Below, piece after piece: positions 1 to 12,467 of a stretch of 64,000 nucleotides of DNA. Location: NCBI GenBank assembly GCA_013265495.1, contig MU058451.1:2661305-2725304 (forward strand), written 5' to 3'. This DNA comes from Vicugna vicugna (taxonomy: Eukaryota). Under the pieces are notes generated by a model. That model did no database searches, had not been told where the DNA came from, and worked only from the letters and a program-made list of their open reading frames with translations. Each line of letters begins with the position of its first letter. The first letter of the stretch is position 1. The position numbers and the translations under genes were made by a program.

Positions 1-1264
1 GAAACCATGCCTTTTTGCCTTTGAGGGGCAAACTTTTTTCAAAACACTGACAGTGTATGTGCCAAGAAATAGAACAAGAACAGTGTCTCCTTTCCCCAGT
101 CGACTGCACTCAACTTGCAAAATTCTAGTTCTCTAAGTATATGAAAGATACATTGGCTTCTATTCAGACTTTTCTTCCACATATTCAAAATGGCTTTCAG
201 ATATTACACTGTTGTAGTAACGGAAAATTTTCATAAAAAAAGATTCTCATGTAATAATGTTGGAGATTCATCCCCAATTATAAGTCCCAATACTAACACC
301 TGAAAATTAAAATCACAATAAACACCTCAATTAGCAGGACCACAGTCAAAAGCAGAACTTCAACTTGAAGACAGAGATCTAAGTCTGAAGTACATGTCTA
401 GATTTCATGGGCCTCTACTGATAATGATGCACATCACCCTGACTTTAAATTAATGCACAATTTATGCTGAGAAAGCAGAAGTCTCCCACAAATTATTATT
501 AAAAAAAAATAGTTCCAAATCTCAAACTAGCTTAGAAACTTACATGGAAAAAAAAAAAAACAAACAAAAAACTCCACTTTCACCAAAACAAGTAATTGAA
601 TTCATTTGGGCAATAATTAGGCTTGGGAGAGTCACAGAAGTAACAAAAGGCCTAAAAGTAAACAAAATCCTCTCAATATCAGTATTTTAAGAACTAAATT
701 ACAGCTAACAACAGCTTATTTATCAAGTAGTCAATTATTCAACAAATTTAGCCATTTACTGATGGACTAAATTAGGTATCAGAAATTCTTTATTTGTAGG
801 ATGGAATCTTTTTATTTAAAAAATTTTTCTGACATAATTTTAATAATCCTTCTCTGGATTCCCTAAACTCAAGAAAGAGAAAGGGATGGGAAAGGGAAGA
901 AAGGGAAGAGGGGAGAAAAACCCGTGAGTCAGAAGATTGACACACTGGGTATCTGTGAGGAGACAGGAAGGAAGAAAAATAAGGGAGAGAAAAAAACAAA
1001 AACAAACAAAAGACTGCAAAGAGGATTAGGGCCAGTTGGCACAGATTAAAAGACACCTTCCTCACAGATCTTAATCAAGCAAAGGCATTAGCGTAACAGA
1101 ACAGTGCTGTAGCTGATTCTGACAGCAATGACTCCTCAGATCTTTTTGAAAATCAACTTATATACACAATTAGAAATCTTAAGTATTTAGCTAAAATATG
1201 TACCAAAAAAACTAAATAAAAGTGAGATCAAGAAATATAAGCAGCAAAGTAACCATAAAGGCTT

Positions 1265-4200
1265 AGAACTAGTGACACTGAATTCTTTATTTAAAAAAAA
1301 AATTTTTAAACACACAGGACCTCCTCTTCTATTTTTAGGAAGAAGCTTTAACAAGTTTTAAATATCTCAATTCTCAAAAACAATAGGCTTTTAAAAAAAT
1401 AAGACTTGATTACCAAAAACAAGTAATATGTGGTTACATACCATTTTCGTATCATTACTCATATCCATTATTTGTCAATTCACTTGATGCAATCTGGGAA
1501 CAATTAAGCAGTCACTAGATATCTGTTTTAGAATCTGAAGAAGTTATTATCCACCATGGGAATCTAATGACATATATTTTTGCAAATAGTTAAAGTTTCA
1601 GAAGGGAAAAATAATAAACTATCCTAGTTACTTTATACCAAAAATTTAATTTATATACCTAGTCAAAACAATAAGAATTAAGATCTTTCTCCAGATGAAC
1701 TGTATATAAAAGCTATTTTTACCATTTTCTTCTGGGGATTTAAAAAAGCCTCATTTCCCTGCTAGCTAAAAAGGAGGAATTTGTACATTACAAGTAAGTC
1801 CCTTTAGAGATGAATATTAAATTCCTTAAGATCTTAACAGCCATAAAATTTATTTTTAAAAATTTACCTTAAAAAAACTGAAAACCATTTCTCTCTTTAA
1901 AATCTATGGCATTAATTACTACTTGACATAATTTTTTTTTGAAAGGGCAGCAAGTTCATGATCTAATAAGCATGCAAAATAAGGAACTGAATGTATCGCT
2001 GCTTGTACAGAATTTGGCAAACCAGAAGAATGGCCTTAAAATAAATAAATAAATAAATAAAAAAGAAAAGAATACATATTGTCTAAATACGAAGGTATAA
2101 TTCTGTAGGCCTATGTGGCAGACAGGGACCCATGGAGGGACTGCAGGGAAGAGGGAAGTAGCATGTTCCTATGTACACTTTCTTGCTACTCTGGTTGTCA
2201 TTCAACAACATGCTACAGAGAAATAGTCTTTTTATTATTACAAAGCCATTAACTGCCCTCACTAGAGCAATGACTCAGGTAAACATCTTATGTCTTTTAA
2301 TAATGTAACTTACATTTAAAATTAACTTAATTAAATCTAAGTGCACAGGCATTTTCAATGACTCCTAAGTTCAAGGAAGTAACACATAAGGTGTTATCTG
2401 ATTGCAAATTCTGAATGGTTGGTGCTTCTATATTTTAGGATATTTCATCCCATTTTCTTCTCCTTTAACCATAAAATGTACCAAAATTATTTGGTTTTCC
2501 TTTACTTTCCTCTGCGTCATTTTAATTTATTGTATGGTATCTCTATGTAGAGAGAGGTATGTTAAAATACTATTATTCATATTAAAAAATTCATTGAGGC
2601 TATATATGATCTATTAATCTATACTATAGCATTGTTAATCTTTGACCTGGTATATTATTTCCTTTGGTGAATAAATGTCACAGGTCATTTCTTTATAAAA
2701 GGATTTTAGTAACAGGACCAGCAGTATGGGGGGAGATGCCCCACTCCCACCCCAGAAAATGATCAAGTCAATCAGTAGTTTAGAGCAGTTATGTAAAATA
2801 TGAAAAATACATAATTTATAGCTGCAGTTTTCATATTAAAAAGCAGTTAAAAACTATAAGTAGTTTAAAGCACTCCAAAAAACATTTTCTGTCTTGGTTA
2901 AATTGGCCAACTAATAAGACTGAGAGAGATGAGAACCCATGTATGTCTAGTCAAGATAGAACAAAATGCTTTTGATTTTAAACAGTGGTAGCTGCTAACT
3001 AGCAGTATAAACAGTGTCCACAATTTGGTGGCTGGCCACAGTTTAAGATTTTTTTCAAGTTATTTCTACAGCAGACATATTTTTGAAGTCTACCCACCCC
3101 TGAGTTCAGCAGTTATACTTTGAGTGTAAAATTATATGCCCTTAATTAACAACATGTACAAAGCTACAAAATGTCATCTATACAGAGATTAAAAACAATT
3201 TTTAAAATATTCTCTGCCAATTACCGATTGGATGGTTTTGCTGGGGTACATATTTCAAACCTTTTAGCCAACTGGCTTTTACTTTTAAGCCCAAATTGCT
3301 TCATATATTCACTGTAGGATATGTCAAAAAGAGTGCAACAACAGGCATTAGTAAAAATAACATTGTAGTAGAAACAGACTTTGCATATGTGAAAAGGTAA
3401 TTTATAAAATACATTAATCGCCTTTTAAAAAGAGAACCGAGTTGCAGTATTATTAACTTACATGGTACTGAGAATTGGACCTTTCAGCATTTTTTTCTAT
3501 AGAAAATTTTTATCTAGCTGTAAGCAAACTCTTAAATAAAACAAAGCAAAACAAAACAAATCCCTCCAGAAAAAAAAAGTAAGTATGGTTGTGTGAGACA
3601 AATAAGCAAACATACCATTCTACAGTGTACTTCTGCCTAAATTTTAAAATAAAAATGTCCACACTCTTTTGTTAAAACATTAAGCCTCTGTCAAAAATGT
3701 ATTTCTTATTTTAGGGTACAGGATTGAAGGACAAGATGATACTTACAAATAAAGAAAATTTACAAGAAAAAACTTGACAAAAGTTTTTCAATTAAAGTAT
3801 TATAACATTCAAACTTGACTTAAAACATAACAAAAGAAATAAAATTGCAAACAAAAATGTTTATGGATTTTCCAAACATAAATAAACGAAATAGTGTTTA
3901 GGCAGTAGGGCTCATGCTGATGGCTAGCAGGAAGTAACAGAGTGTAATCTACTTGGAAAAAATCGTTAATGTACAAATAACAAGCCCAAATGAGGGACTG
4001 CAGCAGTTTAATCATCACTGCCATTCTTCTTACTTCCAAAATAAAGCCTTGATTAAACCATTCAAACCCTATATTACTCATACCTTTACTTCAGAGATAA
4101 AGGAACTATATACAACAAATGAATTTATTTTCACCATAGGGATAACATATTGTACCTCTCTGCCAATATTACTTGAAAACTGTCCATGTCAAAACAACTT

Positions 4201-4823
4201 GACAGCAGATATAAACAATTCAATAAATACGCAAGGATCTTTCATTACAGTCCTTTAAAGACGCATGTTAATTCATGCTGTTAACCTTAGGTTCACAGTG
4301 CATAGAATCCAAATATAAACAGTTGGGGTGACTTTCAAAGTAATGTTGAAATCCCTCACTTTATTTATAATCCCACTCAAACCGATAAGTTCATTTCATA
4401 GGCCCTATCATGCATTAATCATTGGGTGGCAGGAGTTAATGAAAATTTTTCCTTTTACAACGTCCATTGCCGGCAATGAACGTCCCAAAACCGCCAAGGA
4501 AGTCATTGTTATTGCACAATACATGAGGACCTGGAACTTTTCCAAAAGCTTAAAAAAATAAAAATAAAAAATGGAATTATATTTGACATTTCCTGACACC
4601 TGCATTAATACTGTATGACTAATAAAAGCATGTCAGTTGCCTGGACTGAACCAGCGATCAACATGCGCCCAGAATGCACACGAGTAAAAATGCAGTAAAA
4701 GGAAGTAGTCTTCATTGCCTATAGGTCACTTCCAGTCAAAGGTTAAAGTTCAAAGACTGAATGATCAAAGTGCTCATTTTCTCAGTAGGACTATCTTCTG
4801 CTAGGAGGATGATAACAGTGGCA
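1265..4823 (-). other. UBE2W: UBE2W 3'UTR (approx. 3.5 kb; 3' end inferred)
   Basis: AT-rich sequence with no recognisable interspersed repeats following the stop codon; ends near a candidate AATAAA with a U-rich downstream tract. Other AATAAA hexamers exist, so the end is uncertain. Confidence 0.6.
1286..1291 (-). terminator. Candidate polyadenylation signal AATAAA
   Basis: Plus-strand tttatt; on minus followed by GGTTACTTTGCTGC and TTTTTATTTAGTTTTTTGG (U/GU-rich downstream element). Confidence 0.5.
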
Positions 4824-4837
4824 TCAACAAGTATCAT
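4824..4837 (-). CDS. UBE2W: UBE2W terminal coding exon (DDTC-stop)
   Basis: TTTTCTCCTTTTCTTAAAG|AT GAT ACT TGT TGA; completes the 456-nt CDS and the known WWYHDDTC end. Confidence 0.95.
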
Positions 4838-7800
4838 CTTTAAGAAAAGGAGAAAAAAGATAATTAAAAAAGTCAAGCATGCATAAGGAAAATCTACAAG
4901 TTAGTCTAATACAGAAATAATTTTAAGTAGCAAGAAGAACATGGTTTACAATTCTGACTTGTCTCCCCAGATCCCTACAAATAAAAAATCCAATTTGTGT
5001 TCAAGTATATAGTAACAAACAAATCAAGTTCTATTCTTTCAGGGAAATGGTAGTTGATACAAATTTTAAAGTAATATTAGTAGTAGTATGTTAGTTCTGC
5101 TTAAAATAATAAATTTATATATGTTAGCATATATTCAGAATTTATCAGTCATAAGAGAATTATTTATGGGCAACAATTTAAAAATATAATGAGACAGAAA
5201 GTAAACTCATGACTAGCACTGCCATGCTAATTAATGCAGAATACAAGTCATGTCTTCAAGTCTTTGAAGGAAGTAACGCCATAAATGAGTACAATCTCTA
5301 AATCAATCAACAGTAAATATTAATCTCTCTTCAGAAAATAAAATTTTCAGCAAGTATACTACATACATATGCAAAGGAGGTCATTAAAAAATTCCACAGA
5401 AATGTAGTAACACCTTTTCATAGCCTCAACACATTCATGTAACATAATTTTGGGGGTTCATTAACTTTTTTTTTTTAACAGAATTTATTTCACAAAACAT
5501 ATCTGAAGGATTTTGAGGATGGGTTATTCTTCAGAAGAGTCTTTTGAAAGAAGCAAGATTAGTGGCAACTACCCAAAAGTTGTGAAAGCTTTCAAGGAGA
5601 AAATTCTGAAAAATTGGCCAAAATATTTTACACAAACTGTCCCATGTTAGGATCGATATATTGCTAATAAAATTCTCATTCATAATGACTCAATGAGAGC
5701 AAAAAAGCAGTAAATCTGACTTCCATGCTGGGCAAGTTAGTGGAACATTCCACAATACTGTACTTTAAAGGTAATCTAAAGAGTGAAACAGACTAAACTT
5801 AAAAAATAAATCCTATATAAATCATTAAAATCCTTTAAATAAATAAGAACATCTTTAAGAAGAGAACAAGTAAACAATTTACAGGCTCTAAGTGTCCCAT
5901 TGAAGTATCTGTTTCTTAAATAATTGTGGCTCTTGGAATAAAGAGGATACATTTGTCACAGATCAGAATAAACTTAAGGATATGAAAAGTTCCCTTAAAA
6001 CATCACTTCTCCAAGAGACTATTTTATAACACTATAGTCTTCGAAATTAATACTAAATCTAATCACATTTAAATCTCTAAGTTAAGAGATGGCACTGAAC
6101 TCCACTTATTATGTCAAACTACTGGGGATAAACTTTAGTGTTGTATCACATGACAATGTATACAATAAGAGAAGTGACAGATAATATCCAACTTGAACAT
6201 AATGTTATCTAGTTAACTATCAATAAGCTTTTATCTCCAAAGACATATCATCTTTGATAAGTGGTACCATAAATGTATCTCTATCAGGTTGTTTATTCTG
6301 CAAGGTTATCAATACAGGTATGAATGTGCTACCAACCACCAAAACGATTAGGGGATTCATGAGAAGCTATTCTTCCCATCCCAATCCCCACCTTGGGTCA
6401 GATGTTAAAAGAAATTTAGGTCTAATATACTACCTGCTCTGAATCCTCTATCTTTTGAGAAATACATAAGTTCTAAAGATGAATTTCAATTATCTCTGAT
6501 AGCTGGACCCACAGGGAATGAAACATTACATATCCATAATGGCTATACATAATAAAGAATCTATGGGTCATAGTTCAGTATGGAGACAGGTATGAGCCAA
6601 ACCCATAACCATCTTTTCCTAATAAGAAGGGCATCACTAAGAAGTAAAAAACACACTTGTTAGCAAAAGTAACACAGTTTCCTAGTTATAATGGATACTA
6701 GGACTGGCTTCCAAAAAAAAAAAGTCATTAGAGTAAACCTATCTTGGATCAAGAAAAATATAGGTCTATAAAAGGTGGTGAAAGAACGCAATATATTTAA
6801 CCTCTTGGCTAAAGTATTTGTGGCAAGATGATGACCTAAAAAAAAACTCATATTAACCACTTAAATTTTTTCTGGAACTGCAGAAGACCCTACTAAAATT
6901 ATACCCTCAAATATAATATATAAATTACCAGTTCCAAAGAGGTGACATCTACCATGGCTAATTTCATGAGGCTTCTGGGAAATGTGAATGAGAGAGAACT
7001 GTATTAGAAGAAGGTCATTTAATTTTCCCCAAAGTATAAGAACCATCAAATTATATTGGAAAGCATCTCCCTGGATATTCCCAGGGACAGAAGACTAGAA
7101 GAAAAGGAACACAGCAAGAGGTCAGGAGATATGAAGTAGGATGCTACCTTCAAGAAAGATACAAATAAATTTTTACAGTTAGGTTTGTGTCTCAACAGTT
7201 TAGGGAATTAAAATTTTCCTTTGATAAACCAATTCATGAAAGATTACATAGTAGAAACAGAATTGTTATCCTGCAGGAAATAAAGGGCAAGGACTGTAAA
7301 AGTGCAAGTTTGGACTCAGGAATTTAGAAGACGGTTTTGTAATCCTAAAAAGTAGTACAAAGAAAAAGGCTCACAATGTAGGTAAACCTATGGACAGTTA
7401 TTAGGCAGGGAGAAAAGGAGTTTGTTAATAGGAGTCTGAAATAATTTGGTGTTCCTATCCATTTATAATCCTTGTAATTCTACAGGCTATGTTCACTAAA
7501 TGGAACCAGAATGTGGTCTATAGTTTTGTAAAAAAAAGATATTCATCTACTTCTCCCAAAATTACAATCTCCTCAGTTTATTGGACATGATATCTAAACA
7601 TTATGTCAATTTAGTTCCTGTAAGCCTAGTTTTCTGGAGCCAATACTTAATAGCTATCTTAAACTATATTGTTCAATTCTCTACCACCTTAAGGGAAATG
7701 CTTCAGGACCCACAGATCTGTACTCTCACCTGTGAAAAGCAATAGTTTATGAAACTAAGTTGTATATTGATCCCAGGAAACAGATGGATATTATTAATGG

Positions 7801-9672
7801 ACTCTAGTTGGCTATCTCTTTGAAATATTTTTACAATCTCATAAAGATACTTTTTATATTTTTCAAGAAAAATTATGTCTACTTCATGATCCATAACTCT
7901 GAGCCTCAATCATTCATTAATTTGTGCACTGAACTGGATACAGATCTACTTTCTAAGGAAGATTCTAGCCCTGAATCATAGGTACATTCCTTGGCCCTTT
8001 CATATGCTGAGATGAGTTGTCTTATTCAAATACCTATTTTGGTTAGGTCTCTTTATTTTTTAACCCTATTCTCAGTTCAACTAATTTTTCAAACCATATG
8101 GACCCCCACCCTTAATTGACAACACAGAATATTTGCATTCCATTGCAGATATGCTCATAATTCCTTAGTGAATAGAAATGATAAAAGAGTTCTGGACAAC
8201 AGGTTGATAGCCAACTTCAAGTGATTAACAACAAGGAACATGTATTCACATACCAATGACTTTTTACACTTTAGTAAGTGATTGCGTGCTAGAGAGGAAC
8301 CTCAAAAGAAACGCAGTATGAGGTGTGATGTATACAAAAACAGTAATAGGGTAGCAGTGACTGGCCTAATTCTCAAGGTATACTAATAATGTGGAAGGCA
8401 ATTTTAAACTCAAAAAGAGAGGCCTTTTTTTCCCCCCAAGGACCCAACACTGGTATTTGGTAGCTCAATTTTGATGTGTCAGCTAAGTTCTCCTCTTCTA
8501 AAACCAGGAGATCAACCCAGCTTCAGATTTGTCATTAGTAGTGCCTCCATCCCTGCATCCTGGAAGCCCCCTCTGAAGTACACAGATATCACTAATCTAC
8601 ACCAAAACCTCTCTTGCCCCATTGATTATACCTGGCAAACATTCTGACCCATGCTGACCTAAGTTATGTTGGTTAGCACCACACAGAAGGGCTGTGGAGC
8701 TTGATACCCGAGGCCTACAATTTTGCTTGGTTTCTAGAAACAGAAGTGTCACGTGTTTCAGTGAGTTCTTCCAGCTGCAAGCAAGTCTTTGTTCAGCCTC
8801 TGACCTTTTTGTTTAGCTTTGTTAGCTACAGGTCACATCAGGACCCTGACCTGACCTTGTAATCCTTTCAGAATTAGATGATGTTAAGAAAACACAAGAG
8901 TCCATACTTCTTGGTAACTGATATTACAAGGAGAACATAATCAGTGAGTATCTTTTGGAACTAAAGCAGATAAGCAGAAAAAACTTAAGTTAAAATTTCA
9001 AAAGCTCCAGAACAAAGCTGACATGATTCTGCTTTACGAGTATGGTTACCTTTTCGATAAGCTTTTCCAATTTCAACTATAATGCCAAGGTGGGCCATTT
9101 TTATGGCAGTTATATTCCTTATAACTGTTATTGTGAAACGTATAAAGGAGAAGGCAAAATATGCAACACAGCTGAAATGCTTTAGCTTTTTAAAGGAAAA
9201 GTTCAAGGAAGCGACCCTGTACCCAACTACCTGTCTGACAGAGCAGATGCTTTATCATCTCAAAGTATAACTAATATTAACCTTCCCTGATTTCAGATGA
9301 GGCTCACTCACAGAGCAAAACCGCCCATTTAAGGGAGAATGCAGGAGAAGAATGATTCAGGCATTCAGGGTTCAAGGAGGAGCAGAAAACATACCGCATA
9401 AGAATGTCACTGTAAGTCAATGAACTGAGGATGTTTTAGATGGAATTATCTGCATGTGAAAAAAAAAAGTATCTGCACCTGGCAAAGGAAACTAAACAAG
9501 GATAGCCGTGATTTAGCTGAATTAGAATTAGGGGCTTTTTAAAACTGGCTAATTTGTATTGGGGGGGGAGGATACTTTAAACCTGTTCATTGGGAAAATG
9601 AATTCCTACACAAACCCTGTACTGTTTAACACTAAGTAAGAGGTTAATTTAGTCTGAAAAGCCTCTTTTCTT

Positions 9673-9795
9673 TTTTTTTTTAAATTTTGTTTCAGTGATT
9701 TTTTTTTAATGGAGGTGCTGAGGATTGAACCCAGGATCTCTTGCACACTAAGCATGTGCTCTACCACTGAGCTATATCCTCCCCCCTTGCCCCCC
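9673..9795 (-). mobile_element. tRNA-derived SINE (Vic-1-like) with 14-bp TSD
   Basis: Minus strand has TATAGCTCAGTGGTAGAG (A box) ... GGTTCAATCC (B box) and an A-rich tail; TSD aagcctcttttctt at 9659-9672 and 9796-9809. Confidence 0.9.
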
Positions 9796-10504
9796 AAGCC
9801 TCTTTTCTTAGTACTTCTTGGCTAACTTGGAGATGATCCATCTTCAAACTATAAAAAGGACTTTTCTATTTCAGTTATAAAAGTATGGATTTCTCAGTAA
9901 CAGATAAAACTATTAACTCTATGAAAAATACTTTATTTTAAAGAATTTTTATATTCCTAGTTTTACTATGTATTATTTCCTCAATTCTTATTCAAAAGCA
10001 GGTAATAAATTCTAAAAGTATTCTTAAATTAAGTAAAGGACTTTTCATAATTCCTTTCAACTATATAAGGTGCCTTATCTTTTTGAAATTCCCCTACCAG
10101 AGACTAAGGAAGGGGAAAATGGGAATATACTGTCTAACAGTGGGGTGGGGTGGAGTGGCAGAGAGGATTGTACACTTTCAAAATAAACACATTTAAAAAA
10201 TTTTTTGTCACTAAGATAATTTCTTCTGAAAGTTAGCCAAATAAGTGGTTTAAAAACACTGTGGAAAAGACAATGGAGGAATTTTTCTATTATTAGTGAG
10301 GTTGGGGCTGAAATAGAATGATTATGATCTTGGGTACTTTGACATTAAAAAAAATGTTTGACTTAGTTGTGTTTGTCAACATTTTTCATTGACTAATCTT
10401 AATTTCTGATGAAACTGAGAACTTATGCTGAGGTAAAGGGGCTGTGACACTCAAGGAATGTTTTTTTATTTTTGATAAGGTCCTTTTTAAAGGTAGAGAG
10501 GGAA

Positions 10505-10570
10505 TGTGCTGAACACTGGAATTTGACACAACATTGTAAAATGATTATAAATCAATAAAAAAAAAAAAGG
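10505..10570 (+). mobile_element. Ultra-short 5'-truncated L1 3' end with 13-bp TSD
   Basis: tgtgctgaacactgga...tgacacaacattgtaaaatgattataaatcaataaaa plus poly(A); TSD ggtagagagggaa at 10492-10504 and 10571-10583. Confidence 0.8.
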
Positions 10571-12391
10571 GGTAGAGAGGGAAGAGACAGCATAGTATGT
10601 AGTCCTAAAAGGCAAGAGGATGCAAAAGAATGAGAAGCCAGGAATATAAACTGAAGGGTCATTTAATAAAAGTAGCACCTTGTTTAGTTTTAGTGGACCT
10701 TCAGTGTTCACAAAGAATTCCCATCGGAAACCTGTCCTTTTATATCTAAGAATCCCTGAAACAGTAGTTATCAAGGGACTAGCTGTATCAGAACTATCTG
10801 GGGATAACTTAAAAAGTAAAACAAAACCAGCATTCTGGGCACAATAATAAAGTTTATTAGAGTCCTTAAAGGAAAGAGCAATCAGAAAGGCTTTGGTGAA
10901 AGAGTTCCCAAGAGAGTTCTACTATTACTCTTAAAAAAAAAAAAAAAAAAACTTAATTCAACCCACATGCAATATTTTCTATATGAAGTAAAAAGGTAAA
11001 TTTTTCTTTCCCAAAATGGTTGCCAATTTTCTAACAGGATTACTTATTAAATAATTTCTCCCCTTCTCACTGATTTGTGACACAGATTTATCACATATTC
11101 AAATCTCATACACAAAAAGACCTAGAAAAGTGTAATTCTATTTCAGTGTCTATTCTTGCATTATTATCTTTTGGTGTTTGGTACACTTATTCTCCATTAT
11201 CCTTCAATTCAAACTACTCCTCCCATTTTTTCCCTAAACTTTTCAAACACCCATTCATCATCACTCCACTGAATTTTTACTGAATTACATTAAACCTGTA
11301 ATTTATAAAGAGTATACTTTTTTTTTTTAAATAATACTGGTTTCTCATAAAAGTATCTCTATTTTTTCAAAGCTCTTAAAAGTTTCATTATTTCTTCTTC
11401 TGGGTCATCTATATTTCTCATTAACATTACCCCAAATACTCATATTTCTGTGGCTTTCAGGAAAGGCATTCTTTTCTCACTGTGTTTTCCAACTTACAAC
11501 TGCTGGTATAGAGGCAGTGGACTGATTCTAGTCATCTTTTATCTCAACACTTAGAGAACTCTTAGAATTCAAGTTTTTAATGAACTCAAATTAATTGAGG
11601 TAACAGAAGGTTTCACACTGGATAGAAAGGTAAGGAGGAAAGGCTATATTCCTACTAAGTAGTTCTGTCAGTTCTAATTTCTCTTTAGAATAACATTTAC
11701 GAAAAGGAAAACAAAAGAAATACTCATGTATATAAAAATCGCAGGGAGCAGTTTTTCTTCACTGACCTTCAGTGACCTTACATACTGAGGAATGTACACT
11801 TTTTGTTTTTAATTTCAAATACCCCTTTGGGGAAGCAGTAAGGTCAGTTTAGAAAAGATGCTGGCATCTTTCAATTATAAAGGTACAAGCACCCTCCCAA
11901 CAAAAATAAGAGAACTTACAATATTGAGAATAATGTGTTCATAAAGCTACAACCAGCAGAACCTCAATCTTTTTTGAGGAATAATTATTAGAATAGTCAA
12001 TGGGTCATCGCTGACAATGTGAAGCCCTACCCTAAGAACAGTGCCACAGCTAAATGAATACATAAGGCGTCATAACTTCTACTTCAAATAACAGGTTTCC
12101 CAATAGCTCGTTCTAGTTTGATCTAAAAATATTAAGGACTTTTATTTTGTAATAAAATGGTAGAACAAAATTTTAAAGCAATCTTAGATTTTACTTGCAT
12201 GATGGTCATGATTGTATGTGCCCCATTAAAAATCTAGTCCAACTTATCTTAAAATGTCTTAAAAGATTTGTCTCCATATTATAAAAAATACAACATCAAT
12301 TATATATTTCCTCTTTTTCCCAAGCAAGCAGATACATAATCTTTCAAATCAAAATACTAGAAAGTTATCATTCTAAAATAAAACTGCTTAC

Positions 12392-12467
12392 CATGATACC
12401 ACCATTTTGTTTTCTTTGGATTCTTGTTACATGTTCGAACATAAAAAGAATTATCTGGTGGTCGTCT
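12392..12467 (-). CDS. UBE2W: UBE2W coding exon 5 (RRPPDNSFYVRTCNKNPKKTKWWYH, 76 nt)
   Basis: TTTCAG|AGACGACCA ... TATCATG|GTAAGC; matches the UBE2W C-terminal region. Confidence 0.97.
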
